From contig JAJZWL010000001.1 in assembly GCA_021846685.1 (NCBI GenBank), forward strand, positions 71,484 to 135,483: DNA of 64,000 nt, written 5' to 3'. Below, piece after piece: positions 21,044 through 31,931 of this stretch. The notes beneath the pieces were generated by a model. It did no database searches. It was not told where the DNA came from and saw only the letters and a list, made by a program, of their open reading frames with translations. Positions within the stretch are counted from its first letter, which is position 1, and each line of letters begins with the position of its first letter. Both the position numbers and the translations under genes were made by a program. The stretch is from a bacterium (GTDB taxonomy: Bacteria > Patescibacteriota > Dojkabacteria > JAKAPS01 > JAJZLI01).

Positions 21044-22549
21044 TTAATTTTCAAGTTCTCTTAAATTATTATAAAAATTAGAGATATCTGTTTGTAGTAT
21101 ATTTACATATGAGTTAATAGTTTGTATATTATTTTTTAATGTTTTTATATCTAATTTATAGTTAGTAATGTTTATTTGATTAGATAATGTGATAGATGAA
21201 TTAATCCCACTTTTAATTAATGTTAGATGACTTATATAACTATTATAATCATTTTTCATATTCGTCATGTAAATATTATTATTTATACATTGTGGTGAAT
21301 TATTACTATGTGTATTAATACTATTTAAAAAGCCAATAGCTATATTAATAGCATTTGGATATTTAGATATTTGAGGTATGTTTAACCAGTATCCATTTAC
21401 AAGTGATTTAGTCTTATTATAATCATTTAACATTTCTGTTGAATTTATTACATTATTTGTAGAAAGTCCTGAAAATATTAAATTGTTTTTATTTTGAACC
21501 CTGGCTATAGTGGTGGCATCCTTTATAAATGTATAGTATATATTACTATTTCTATATTGAGTCTCTTCATCTCTTTGAGATTGTATATTATATATATTAG
21601 AATATTGAGAACTAATTTTGACTAATCCAGATGAGAGATAAGTTTTCCATGTAGTAGTAGTATTATTAAATAAATTTTGAGCTGGTGTAAGAATTACCTT
21701 ATATCCATATTTATGTGCTAGATTGGCAAATAATATTTCATACTTTTTAGGATTTGAGGATTCTAATTTAGGGGTATTTGCTGAATTTTCATTATCATAC
21801 ATTACCCATTTTATGTTTGGATAAATACTTTTATTTGCTATGCTTGCGGCAAAAGTAGCATAGCTAGTAAAGTCTTCTACTGCATTATCATTTCCAATAG
21901 AATATTTAGGTGTATGAACTATTACATATGTATTAGTATTATTAAAATCTTTTGTTATAAGAGCAGGGTCTAATTTTTGTATATCTGTTAATACATTATA
22001 TGATATTAACCAATGTATATTATTGTTTGTAGTAGTCAAATTATTAATTTTACACAATTGAGTATTTTTCTTTGTAATTTCAAAATTTAAAATATTATTT
22101 AAATTGATAGCATTATTTTTATCGTTATTTTGAAAACTATTTTCAATCAAGAGATATATTTGGGCATAATATTTTGGTATTTGAAATCTATATATATGAT
22201 AATCATTAAATATTCCCAAAACCATTTCCTTTAACTTTGATATAGATACATTATTTTTATCTATACTATTTTGTAATTGTTCTAATGAATTTTCACTATT
22301 TTTAATACTATTTGTAATATTTGCTGCAGATTTATTATCTTTAGATATAATATTTTTTGTTTCTAATGTAGTTAATTTCGCTTGTATTTTATTTAAAGAA
22401 TTAATTCTTTGAGATATAAATCCATTTGCCTTCGAGATTAGTTGAACTGATTTGTTTTGCGTAGATCCTTGTGCATAGAGCACATTGGTACTTAATAGAG
22501 TTATGAGTGTTCCTATAATAAATATTTTTAATATCAAATTGAGTTTCAT
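21044..22549 (-). CDS. Secreted coiled-coil protein with a central alpha/beta (glycoside hydrolase-like) domain
   Basis: Signal peptide (LYA cleavage), coiled-coil ends, central WVMYDNE...LAHKYGYKVILTP region. Confidence 0.5.
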   Translation of the reverse strand: MKLNLILKIFIIGTLITLLSTNVLYAQGSTQNKSVQLISKANGFISQRINSLNKIQAKLTTLETKNIISKDNKSAANITNSIKNSENSLEQLQNSIDKNNVSISKLKEMVLGIFNDYHIYRFQIPKYYAQIYLLIENSFQNNDKNNAINLNNILNFEITKKNTQLCKINNLTTTNNNIHWLISYNVLTDIQKLDPALITKDFNNTNTYVIVHTPKYSIGNDNAVEDFTSYATFAASIANKSIYPNIKWVMYDNENSANTPKLESSNPKKYEILFANLAHKYGYKVILTPAQNLFNNTTTTWKTYLSSGLVKISSQYSNIYNIQSQRDEETQYRNSNIYYTFIKDATTIARVQNKNNLIFSGLSTNNVINSTEMLNDYNKTKSLVNGYWLNIPQISKYPNAINIAIGFLNSINTHSNNSPQCINNNIYMTNMKNDYNSYISHLTLIKSGINSSITLSNQINITNYKLDIKTLKNNIQTINSYVNILQTDISNFYNNLRELEN

Positions 22550-22552
22550 TAC

Positions 22553-22948
22553 TTAATATTGTGATAAAATTAAGTTATATTGAACACTTCCCTGAGAATT
22601 ATTTTTCTGAGAAAGTACAAAATCATTATATGCTTTATTAGATATACTACTTTCATTTGAAAGATTTTTCTTTTCTGCGTTTAAAATACTTAATGCCTGT
22701 GCGCTAGTTTTTGGCGTTATAATAGGGCTATTCATTTGGTTGCTATTTTGATTTTTTAAAGTTATAGGTGGATTTGGAGTTATAGAATTAACATAAATTT
22801 CAAATAATATAATTAATATAAGTACTATTAGTAGTGATATAAATAAAATCATTACATGCTCAATTTTATTTTTTTTAGAGAATACTTTGTCATAAATAGT
22901 ACTTTCTGAGTTAGTCTTTTCCTGAGGGTCTTGTGTTAAATTATCCAT
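22553..22948 (-). CDS. Single-pass membrane protein
   Basis: One TM helix; stop 3 bp from the next gene's start. Confidence 0.6.
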   Translation of the reverse strand: MDNLTQDPQEKTNSESTIYDKVFSKKNKIEHVMILFISLLIVLILIILFEIYVNSITPNPPITLKNQNSNQMNSPIITPKTSAQALSILNAEKKNLSNESSISNKAYNDFVLSQKNNSQGSVQYNLILSQY

Positions 22949-23041
22949 ATATTTATTATATATCTTTATAATTACATATATATTTTATTATTTCAATATA
23001 ACCTAAATAGAGTGTGTTCAGGAATCTTAAATGTATATTAG

Positions 23042-23935
23042 TTGCAATATATACTGGATTTTAATCATGATTCATATACCCAATCGACAAACTTTATAAG
23101 ATATGATATGCTCGTATTTATGATTATGCCAGAAGGAGAAATACCTAAAACAAAAGAAGCATTGACTCCTCAAGAAAGAGTTTCTATCTCTAATGATTTT
23201 TCATATGTAGTTGCAGATGTATTAAAAAGAGATCAAGACGATAAGACGCAAAAGGCATTGGCAGAATTTGTAGGGATATTCCCTGATGATCAAATTCGTG
23301 GGAGTAATGTATTGATTGTAGAATCCAAAGTCGGGGGAGAGATTGTAGAAATTAAATGTTCTTATGAAGGAGAGGCAGGTATTGCATACATGGCAAAGGA
23401 TGGATATTATTTTCTAGGAAAGGTTCTTGATTATTCAAGTTCAGATAAAGTAAGACATGCTGTTATTGCAAATTCTGATTGTATACAGATTCCTGAAGTA
23501 TCTCAACTTGTGGATGCTTTGGCACAAAGTGATTTGACTGATCAAAGTACACAATTTAGTAAGGAGAGTAGATCTATTGAATCTCAAAATCCAGAACTTT
23601 TTTATCCTTCTAAAGATTTGGGATACTTAGTAATAGATTTATTACAGAGGTTCCCAGGTTCTATTACACTTGATAGTGCTTTGGAATTAGCAAATATAAT
23701 ATCTGTTCCAGAGATTAGACGAGTTGTGAATGCTTATATATCAGAAGTTTTAAATGAAGAAATTAGTCCAGAAAAAATGAAAGAACTTAATTCAAGAAGA
23801 ATTGAGTATCCATCAAGCATTATTTATCCTGATAAAGATTTAGCATATAATGCTACTGAAAATCGATTATCTGGATTACCTTTTCAAATTCCTGAAATTG
23901 CCAGGGTTGTAAATGAAATAGTTAGAAGTAAATAA
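23042..23935 (+). CDS. Hypothetical protein (true start probably near 23120)
   Basis: Long acidic ORF with no recognised motif. Confidence 0.6.
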   Translation: MQYILDFNHDSYTQSTNFIRYDMLVFMIMPEGEIPKTKEALTPQERVSISNDFSYVVADVLKRDQDDKTQKALAEFVGIFPDDQIRGSNVLIVESKVGGEIVEIKCSYEGEAGIAYMAKDGYYFLGKVLDYSSSDKVRHAVIANSDCIQIPEVSQLVDALAQSDLTDQSTQFSKESRSIESQNPELFYPSKDLGYLVIDLLQRFPGSITLDSALELANIISVPEIRRVVNAYISEVLNEEISPEKMKELNSRRIEYPSSIIYPDKDLAYNATENRLSGLPFQIPEIARVVNEIVRSK

Positions 23936-24052
23936 TTAAAATTATCTACTATACTATTCTCCTATTCTCTAATTTCATATTAAACAAAATCATAGAGCTT
24001 ATATTATAAGAAGATATAGTGTAAATTGAAAGATATATAATATATAACATAT

Positions 24053-25933
24053 ATGAATACTTTAGCCTTTACTGAAAATTTTGGATTATCAGTCCCAATA
24101 TCTGCATTAAGGGTAGAAAATGATTTTGGTATAGGGGATATATCTTCTGCTTATAAATTTATAGATTTTCTTCATAAAAGTAAATGTACTGTGTGGAAAA
24201 TGTTACCTATTAATGCAACATCTACATCTGGGTTTAATAGTCCTTATAGTGCAGAAAGTGCTTTTGCTTTAGATTTTTTATACATAGATATAATGAATCT
24301 TGAAGATATTAATTCAGAACTTTTTGCGGAAGGAAGGAAAAAATCAGATAATAAAAGAGTTGAATTTGAATCTGTGAGAAAATTAAAAATTAAAATTATT
24401 CAAAAAGCTTTTAAAAATTTTTATTTAAATGTATATAATAAAGATACTCAAAGGACAGATAGTTTTAATAAATTTATAGATAAAGAAAAATTTTGGCTGG
24501 ATAATTATGCTATTTATAAAGTTATACAAGAAGAATTCGGATATATATATCAAAATTTATGGCCAAAAGAATTAAAGGATTATGATACAGAATATATAGA
24601 AATGTATTCACATAAAAATAAATATGATATCCTTTTATATAAATATATTCAATGGATTATTCATATTCAATTTATAAATTTAAAAAAATATGCCAATAAA
24701 AATGGTGTATCTTTAATAGGTGATTTTCCTGCATTTCTAGATTCAAATAGTTCAGATATATGGGGAAATAGGAATTATTTTAATGTTGATGAAAATCTAA
24801 AGCCATATGTATATGTAGGTCATCCTCCTGATCAATTTAATTCTAAAGGACAAATTTGGAAATTAGCTATTCCTGATTGGAATAGTCAAAAAAAAGATGA
24901 TTATTATTGGTATAAAAGTAGAATTAATAAATTAATAAATTATTTTGATGGGCTAAGATTAGATTACTTTATGTTTTATACGGAATATTATGTGATAGAT
25001 TTAGATAAAAAAGCTACAGAAGGGAGGTGGGTTAAAGGTCCCGGAGAAAGTTTTATCAGTAAAGTATTAAATTCTATAAGTGACAATAATGCATTTAAAT
25101 TTTTTGCCGAAATTCCTGTAATTGACCCAGATAAACATTTTATAGATAAAAAAATTATAGATAATTTAAATAAAGTTTTAAAAAAAATGGGATGTGAAGT
25201 ATATACTATCTTTGCATTTGATTATAAATTCTTATTAAATTTATCTGATAAGAATTTAATCTCACTAGAAACAACCACTCATGATATGCCTCCATTAAAG
25301 TCTTATTGGCATAAGCTTCCTGAATATAAGAAAAAATATATTTTAAATAAATTAAATATTAGTATTAATAATATAGATATTCTTAATAATGATCTGACTT
25401 GGAAAATATTTAATGAAATTGTACTTCTAAATGCTCATAATGTTATTTTCCCAATTCAAGATATACTAGGAACAGAGGAGCAAATAAATATTCCAGGAAC
25501 TACAAATTCTACGAATTGGGGATTTAGGTTAAGTGAAAATATAGAAGATTTATTGCTAAACAAAGAATTAATAAAAAAGATGATTAATCTTTCTTCTATT
25601 TCTAATAGAGGGTTCTTTTATAAAGATTTTTCAGTAAAGACATTACCTTTGATTGATAAGGGAGTTGAAAGGAGAATTAATCTAGGTGAGAAGTTTATTA
25701 TTTGGGTTTTTTCTGAAAAAAAAGATGAAATTAATATTTTAACAGATATTTCAGTTAAAGGATCCAATAATAGTAGAATGAAAAAATTTTCATTAAAACA
25801 TCGTCAATATATCAATAATGGTTACTTATATAAGAAAATTATTATTCCTTCAAATAGAGGTGAATTTAAATTAAGTTTAGAGAAAAAAAGTATTGAGACT
25901 CAAAATGATTGGATAAAAATAATAGTTGTTTAA
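24053..25933 (+). CDS. malQ: 4-alpha-glucanotransferase (GH77)
   Basis: FGIGD, SPYSAESAFA, IGDFP, G.PPD.F...GQ.W, LRLDY, THD, PIQDILG...IN.PGT...NW. Confidence 0.93.
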   Translation: MNTLAFTENFGLSVPISALRVENDFGIGDISSAYKFIDFLHKSKCTVWKMLPINATSTSGFNSPYSAESAFALDFLYIDIMNLEDINSELFAEGRKKSDNKRVEFESVRKLKIKIIQKAFKNFYLNVYNKDTQRTDSFNKFIDKEKFWLDNYAIYKVIQEEFGYIYQNLWPKELKDYDTEYIEMYSHKNKYDILLYKYIQWIIHIQFINLKKYANKNGVSLIGDFPAFLDSNSSDIWGNRNYFNVDENLKPYVYVGHPPDQFNSKGQIWKLAIPDWNSQKKDDYYWYKSRINKLINYFDGLRLDYFMFYTEYYVIDLDKKATEGRWVKGPGESFISKVLNSISDNNAFKFFAEIPVIDPDKHFIDKKIIDNLNKVLKKMGCEVYTIFAFDYKFLLNLSDKNLISLETTTHDMPPLKSYWHKLPEYKKKYILNKLNISINNIDILNNDLTWKIFNEIVLLNAHNVIFPIQDILGTEEQINIPGTTNSTNWGFRLSENIEDLLLNKELIKKMINLSSISNRGFFYKDFSVKTLPLIDKGVERRINLGEKFIIWVFSEKKDEINILTDISVKGSNNSRMKKFSLKHRQYINNGYLYKKIIIPSNRGEFKLSLEKKSIETQNDWIKIIVV

Positions 25934-26024
25934 GTAAGTTTGTGAGATTATATGATGAAGAATCTATTTAGACTGGTACTAAATAGATTATTATAGTTAA
26001 TAACAGAAATGTATTTGTGATTCT

Positions 26025-26597
26025 CTATATTATATCTTCTAAAGAATATATTCTTTTTACTTTATTAGGTATCTTATATCTATTCCATGGTTGGTCAAAT
26101 AAATAAACCTTACTATTGCTATTCTGACATACATCTATTACATTATCGATTGAGTCATCTATAAATATATCTATATGAAGGGCATTACATATATCTGATT
26201 TTAGAAACTTATTTCCATTAAATTTATTTATAAAATGTATACTTTCAAATTTAGAGTGAAAAATATCTTTAATAGGTTCGATTGTTTCTTCATAAAATAT
26301 ACGATCCCTTGCTGTAATAATATACAGTTCATTATATTTAGATAATTCATTAATTCCTTTAATAGAACTTTTTATTGGTCTTAATTTTTTGAAATATTGA
26401 CTATTATAAAATTCTTCAAAGAGTTTTTCTGTTGCTTCTTCTGGAATATTAAGCAATTTGGCAATTTCATATTCTATAATATGCTCTTTCTTCATAGAAA
26501 GGTTTAATTTGAGATTTAGAAACGCAATAAGTTCATTAGCAAAATCTATAATTACGTCATCTAAATCGATCCCTATTTTTTTATTAAAAATTTTCAT
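26025..26597 (-). CDS. HAD-superfamily 5'(3')-nucleotidase (NT5C-like)
   Basis: DLDDVI, ITAR, K...FIDD, PWN. Confidence 0.85.
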   Translation of the reverse strand: MKIFNKKIGIDLDDVIIDFANELIAFLNLKLNLSMKKEHIIEYEIAKLLNIPEEATEKLFEEFYNSQYFKKLRPIKSSIKGINELSKYNELYIITARDRIFYEETIEPIKDIFHSKFESIHFINKFNGNKFLKSDICNALHIDIFIDDSIDNVIDVCQNSNSKVYLFDQPWNRYKIPNKVKRIYSLEDII

Positions 26598-26726
26598 TTT
26601 ATTAAGTAATTAAATATTCTTTATTTATCTATATTGATCCAGTATTTAAAAATGAGTAATCATATTAAAATTATTCTATGTTTGTCATAATATATAAAAT
26701 CTATTAATTAGGTAAATTTATGTAAA

Positions 26727-27488
26727 CTAACTCTTATCTAAAAGTTCTATTAATGATAATTTTAGATGAGGAATAATATTTCTTTGTCTCAAAGGAAGGA
26801 ATTTATTCAAATCATTCTTTAATTTTTTATCATTAAAAATTTGAACTCTTTTTTTTATTTCTTCTAATGTTACAATATTTTCATATAATTTCATTTTTTT
26901 GGACAATAATTCATAGTCTATTTTTACACCACGACTAAGTAAAAGCCATATATCAAATATATCTCTTCCTTTAGACCTTGTCATTAATGCTCTAATCTTT
27001 TCTGATAATATTTCAGAAACTCCAAATACTTTAATAATTGATGAATAGGGTATAGGCATTGAGGATTTTAGTAAAGAAGTATTTTCTTCTAACCATTCTT
27101 CTTGAGTGTTGATATCAATTCTTATATTTAATGGTTGAGATAATAAGCTATTCTCATATTTCAGTTTTGCTTTGAAATTGTCATACTTATTCACAATAAT
27201 GTCTAATCTTATTCCAGGTAAGAAATTTTGAATATCCTTCGTACTTTTTTCAAATAATATTTCTAAATCTGAATAAGATAATTTAGAATCAAAATCAAGA
27301 TCTTCACTAAAACGTATTGAATCATATACTAATCTTAATGCAGTTCCTCCTTTAAAGAAAATCTTATCACTATTTTTTGTTTGATATAAAGCTCCTAGGA
27401 AAACTAACTGAATATATTCCCTAATAATAGTATATTCATCAATTTCCCAATTAGAAGAATATTTTTTGAAATCTATATCATTGATCAT
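26727..27488 (-). CDS. abiEii: AbiEii nucleotidyltransferase toxin (type IV TA)
   Basis: FKGGTALR...RFSEDLDF, EKIRAL..R..GRD.FD. Confidence 0.93.
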   Translation of the reverse strand: MINDIDFKKYSSNWEIDEYTIIREYIQLVFLGALYQTKNSDKIFFKGGTALRLVYDSIRFSEDLDFDSKLSYSDLEILFEKSTKDIQNFLPGIRLDIIVNKYDNFKAKLKYENSLLSQPLNIRIDINTQEEWLEENTSLLKSSMPIPYSSIIKVFGVSEILSEKIRALMTRSKGRDIFDIWLLLSRGVKIDYELLSKKMKLYENIVTLEEIKKRVQIFNDKKLKNDLNKFLPLRQRNIIPHLKLSLIELLDKS

Positions 27489-28066
27489 GTTATTATATTA
27501 TTAAATAATTTATTAAAAGGTTTCGAATTTACTGTTGATGCTATCTGTTTTAGCTTTTTTATGTCTATTTCCGAAAGATCCCATTCATCATAGTTTAGAT
27601 CATTTCCTCTTAAAGATGCAAAATATATACTGTCAATAATTGTTTTTTCTTTAGATGCAATATTGAATTCTATATTTTTATTATCAGTGTAAAAAAGAGA
27701 TGTTTTTATTTTACTATATTTATATTCTTTATTATTAAAGATAAATGCTTTTGCTTCCTTAGTTGATATTGATGTTATTGTAAATGGTGACTGATTAACA
27801 ATTCCATAATATGCTAAGGCTGTATCCAATGAAATATAAGATGGATTGTAGATACTATTTGCTATTGAAAAATCAGAAGGAGTTTCATCTTTAATGTAAT
27901 AAAGTCCTCTTTTTATACTAATTAATAATCCTTTTTTCAACATTCTACTAATAAGAATTATTAGGTACCTGCTATTATTAATATCAAGAAGATTTCTAAT
28001 ATCTTGAGTAGTAAAGGTATCTTTTTTAGTATTTTTCAGTTTTATATAAGTATCTAATATTTTCAT
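27485..28066 (-). CDS. abiEi: AbiEi antitoxin (wHTH)
   Basis: KRGLY, PSYISLDTAL.YYG, A.KEK...D; overlaps abiEii. Confidence 0.9.
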   Translation of the reverse strand: MKILDTYIKLKNTKKDTFTTQDIRNLLDINNSRYLIILISRMLKKGLLISIKRGLYYIKDETPSDFSIANSIYNPSYISLDTALAYYGIVNQSPFTITSISTKEAKAFIFNNKEYKYSKIKTSLFYTDNKNIEFNIASKEKTIIDSIYFASLRGNDLNYDEWDLSEIDIKKLKQIASTVNSKPFNKLFNNIIT

Positions 28067-28111
28067 ACATTGTAATTAATATACATTATTGTATACTAAC
28101 TCCAGCATATA

Positions 28112-28220
28112 TGTCAATTAAAGAATATTTTTTACTATAGATAATAAATTATATAAGTTTATATATAGACTATATAAGAATATAGTGTGGAAATTTTAAA
28201 TTAAGATATATTTACTTCGG
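28112..28220 (-). repeat. About 108-bp cassette leader, copy 1 (ends in TTGACA)
   Basis: Reverse complement aligns closely with 46777-46884. Confidence 0.9.
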
Positions 28221-28247
28221 GAGACAGTAAACGCTATTCGAACTTTT
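28214..28247 (-). repeat. Cassette junction J1 (tRNA-3'-end-like att site)
   Basis: Minus strand aaaaGTTCGAAtagcgtttactgtctcCCGAagt. Confidence 0.85.
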
Positions 28248-28251
28248 AGGA

Positions 28252-28294
28252 TTGACATATCAAGGAGTTCCTAATATACTAGGAACTAGGAACT
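28252..28294 (+). promoter_or_regulatory. Sigma70 promoter with overlapping operator repeats
   Basis: TTGACA-N17-TATACT; inverted repeat AGTTCCTA/TAGGAACT plus an extra AGGAACT. Confidence 0.75.
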
Positions 28295-28311
28295 TGTATT
28301 AATTTAAAATT

Positions 28312-29292
28312 ATGAAACAAACAACTTCTGAGAAAATAATAGAGTATATAAATAAATTTGGCAGAGCTACTGGAAAAGAGCTATCTGACGCTATTCCCGC
28401 CATCACTAGTAGAGCTATAAGAAAACAGTTGAAATCTATGCTCGAGAAAAATATTCTTGAGAAGATAGGGAAACCTCCTAAAGTGTATTATCTTATTGCA
28501 ACCAGTAAAAATGTACCTAATCCAGTTTTAATTAATAAAAGTGTAATGGCACTTATCAATGATAGATATTTATATATATCTCCCACTGGCAAGATGAAGG
28601 AAGGTTTAGATGGGTTTGTTATGTGGTGTGAATACACTCACCAAGATATAAAAAATACTTCGATTAAATATCTAGAAACAATAAAAAAATATGATCAATT
28701 TAAGAAAAATAGCCTTATAGATGGAATGCCCAAAATGAAGAGTACTTTTGATCCTGTTTTTGTAGACAAACTTTTTTATTTAGATTTTTATAGTATAGAG
28801 AGATTTGGAAAAACAAAGCTCGGTCAAATGCTTCTTTATTCAAAACAAAGTCAAAATAAAGCACTTATACAAAAATTAATAGCTACTATCCGCCCTAAAA
28901 TCATAAAAGTTATTGAGGATTATAATATTGATGGAGTATTATTTATACCACCAACTGTAAAAAGAGAAATACAATTTATGAAAGAATTAGAAAAATTTCT
29001 GAAATTACCAATAAAAAGAATATCTGTCACAAAAATAAAAACAGAAATTATTATTCCTCAAAAAACATTATCAAAACTTGAAGATAGAGTTGAAAATGCT
29101 AAACGCACTATAATGGTAGATGATTTTGATTTATATACCAATATACTGATTATTGACGACGCTGTAGGCTCGGGTGCAACATTAAATGAAACAGCAAAAC
29201 AAATAAAAAATAAACATATAGTAAGAGGAGATATAATTGGACTTGCAATAACAGGGAGTTTTAAAGGATTTGATATTATTAGTGAAGTATAA
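28312..29292 (+). CDS. wHTH-fused phosphoribosyltransferase-domain protein
   Basis: N-terminal wHTH; PRPP-binding motif ILIIDDAVGSGATL. Confidence 0.85.
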   Translation: MKQTTSEKIIEYINKFGRATGKELSDAIPAITSRAIRKQLKSMLEKNILEKIGKPPKVYYLIATSKNVPNPVLINKSVMALINDRYLYISPTGKMKEGLDGFVMWCEYTHQDIKNTSIKYLETIKKYDQFKKNSLIDGMPKMKSTFDPVFVDKLFYLDFYSIERFGKTKLGQMLLYSKQSQNKALIQKLIATIRPKIIKVIEDYNIDGVLFIPPTVKREIQFMKELEKFLKLPIKRISVTKIKTEIIIPQKTLSKLEDRVENAKRTIMVDDFDLYTNILIIDDAVGSGATLNETAKQIKNKHIVRGDIIGLAITGSFKGFDIISEV

Positions 29293-29646
29293 ATATCTTT
29301 TCCATAAATTATAATTTACTATATATTCATTTCTTCAGGCTCATTGGGATTAATTTAGAACTTTTGTTAATAGTTATTCCACCACTCACTATCCTTATAT
29401 TAAGACAAATATATTAGTAATATCTAATATATTCTTAAATTAGGATATTTTATTCCCCAATAAGACTTTATTGAGCCCTTTGTCTTAAGAGATTTTACAC
29501 CTTAGAGGCTATTTTGAGTATAGGTATTTCTATTTCTAAATTTCAAATCAGTAGGAGGTCATGAAATTAATAACATTTCGTCTTATTGACAAAAACTATA
29601 GGATCTTATATAGTATACTCAATTATTTTTAACCTACTTAAATATA

Positions 29647-30693
29647 ATGAGTGCAGAAGAAACAGATAAGCAAATAAAAGATTCTCTTGGAACTATATCT
29701 GGACATTTTAGAGAATTCAATAATAATGCACCTCATTTTTTAGTGGATGGTGAAAACAAAGAGAATATAGAGGAGCTTCTTCCAGAAATAAAATTTGATG
29801 AAGTTAGAGATGCAGAAACCGAACAAGTATATAGAATTTTTATCATTAATAAAGAGATGCTCGAAGAAGGAAAGGTACCTCTTGTTCTTACATTCCAATA
29901 TAATAAATATAATATAGGAATAGATGACCCCTATTCTCAAGAGTTAGCGCAAGTAATGGCTCAAGGAGGAAGGCCTATTATCGGAATAGAAAGTCCGTCA
30001 GTTGGAGGTTCTTCTGATATGACTAAAGCACAAGAAGATAACTTAAATGTAGGAAAGAAACCTTTTGAAGAGATATCAAGAAGTCAATTAAGAGCACTTT
30101 CTGGGGAAATTTATCACAAAAGTAATAAGGATAAAGAAATAGATTTCGGAGGATATTCTCAAGGGGCAATTAATGCTTTGAGTAACGCTGAAGTAGCAGA
30201 TGAATTTGATTTAAAAGTTAGAAATGTTGTTATGCTCGATCCACCAGGCATAACAGATCATACTGAAGGTAAAGGAAGGAAGTGGGCAATTGTTGGATTG
30301 GGCAGAGCAATGAGATCAGAAACTTCAAATCTAAGTTTTTATGGATTTGATGATAAAAAATATTCTATTTTAGCAAAAAGTCTATCAATTAAAAATGATG
30401 ATATTTTTTTAAGAAAAATGCAAATTTTATATTCTGCTGCTACAGGCAGAATAGTTCTTCCTGAAATTTTAAGATCAGTATTATCAAAACAACCTCAGAT
30501 AAAAATAACTTTTATAAACGGATCTGAAAGTAAAATTACATTAACTGAGGATAGAAAAAAATTATTTAGAGAGTTTAGTAATGATAAGAGAATAAGATGG
30601 ATAGTTCTTCCAGGAGATACTCATTCAGTAGGCGTGAATGTTAGAAGAATCGGATGGTTATTTAAATTTATAATGAAAGATCAACGTATGTGA
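29647..30693 (+). CDS. Alpha/beta hydrolase (paralog of 44786-45844)
   Basis: GYSQG nucleophile elbow, LPGDTH. Confidence 0.75.
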   Translation: MSAEETDKQIKDSLGTISGHFREFNNNAPHFLVDGENKENIEELLPEIKFDEVRDAETEQVYRIFIINKEMLEEGKVPLVLTFQYNKYNIGIDDPYSQELAQVMAQGGRPIIGIESPSVGGSSDMTKAQEDNLNVGKKPFEEISRSQLRALSGEIYHKSNKDKEIDFGGYSQGAINALSNAEVADEFDLKVRNVVMLDPPGITDHTEGKGRKWAIVGLGRAMRSETSNLSFYGFDDKKYSILAKSLSIKNDDIFLRKMQILYSAATGRIVLPEILRSVLSKQPQIKITFINGSESKITLTEDRKKLFREFSNDKRIRWIVLPGDTHSVGVNVRRIGWLFKFIMKDQRM

Positions 30694-30798
30694 ATCACCA
30701 CAGTCTAGGTATAATACCTGATTATCTGATAATCTAGATTGTAGATAACTCCATTGAATATATAATCCATATAATAATGAGATTTATTCTTAATATGT

Positions 30799-30833
30799 AA
30801 TCGGAGGCGATACGCCTTATTTTAAACTATTTT
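30799..30833 (-). repeat. Cassette junction J2
   Basis: Minus strand aaaataGTTTAAAataaggcgtatcgcctCCGAtt. Confidence 0.85.
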
Positions 30834-30863
30834 ATAAATGGATTACAAAATTAATTTATAAAT

Positions 30864-31931
30864 TTAAGCTGTAGGGTTAAAATAGTTTTCCACTGCAAAT
30901 CTGGATTGTTGCATAAATATATTTTTTAATAAACTTAAATTGTTTATTTCATAAAATACTAACATTGCTTCCCTATATTCATTAACATCTACATTTCTAA
31001 AAGATAATGGAAAAGAATTATGCGATAGTAGTAAAGCATTTGCAATAATTCTTCCTGTTCTTTTATTTCCATCCTCAAATGGTTGTATATATCCAATTAA
31101 TGGTATTGTAAGTAAAGCTTTTTCAAACACATTAGTTTTATTGTTAATAATTTTACAATATTGCTCTAATGCCTCTCTTATCTGAAAAACATTATCTAGT
31201 GGTTTATAGTTTGTTCCTGTTATTCTAACCAAACTATTTCTAATGTTTTTTGTCACACCCAAGTTGTCAATTAACAGTGAATGAATATGTTCAATTATTC
31301 CAACATTTAGTTCTATAAATTGGTCACCATTCTGTAATATGAATTCTAACGCTTTTTTGTGATTTATAATCATTATGGCCTCCTCTTTCTTTTTACCTTT
31401 TGCTTCTATACCGTCTTTTAAAAGAGTTTCAGTTTCAAGTAGAGTATATGTATTACCTTCCAAAACAGAAGATTTCCAGCTTATTTCAATTATTGCTCTT
31501 TCAAACTCTTTTTTTCGAATAACATCACTTAACTGTTTTACATTACCATTAAAATTTTCATTTAGAGTATTTAATTCAGATAATTCTTCCTTCGTCAATA
31601 TTTCATTTTGAACCAATGAAAATATATTACTATTGAATCTCTCTATAATTTCTCTATGATCAATATCTTTTTCATAATATTCCTTAGTATTTATATTCCT
31701 GAGTAAATTATATTTTATACTTAATCTATAACTAGTAGCTTTACCATTACCATGCTTCTCGATTAAATTTAAATTTAATAAATAAGACAGATCTCTATTT
31801 ACAGTCATGAAAGAGACTTCTTCATCAACAGTTTTTAAAAAATCAGTTATTTGAGATCTACCTAGCCACTTTTGAGTGGAAAGAATATTTAAAAGTTTGG
31901 ATTGTCTTTTATTTAATTTCATAATATTCAT
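30864..31931 (-). CDS. wHTH-Fic family protein
   Basis: QPFEDGNKRTGR Fic motif; SSVLEGN inhibitory motif; N-terminal wHTH. Confidence 0.9.
   Translation of the reverse strand: MNIMKLNKRQSKLLNILSTQKWLGRSQITDFLKTVDEEVSFMTVNRDLSYLLNLNLIEKHGNGKATSYRLSIKYNLLRNINTKEYYEKDIDHREIIERFNSNIFSLVQNEILTKEELSELNTLNENFNGNVKQLSDVIRKKEFERAIIEISWKSSVLEGNTYTLLETETLLKDGIEAKGKKKEEAIMIINHKKALEFILQNGDQFIELNVGIIEHIHSLLIDNLGVTKNIRNSLVRITGTNYKPLDNVFQIREALEQYCKIINNKTNVFEKALLTIPLIGYIQPFEDGNKRTGRIIANALLLSHNSFPLSFRNVDVNEYREAMLVFYEINNLSLLKNIFMQQSRFAVENYFNPTA

Noticed and set aside
26600-26726. Terminal junction closing the minus-strand array
   Set aside because: No GTTYRAA...CCGA motif was found, so the array end is undefined.
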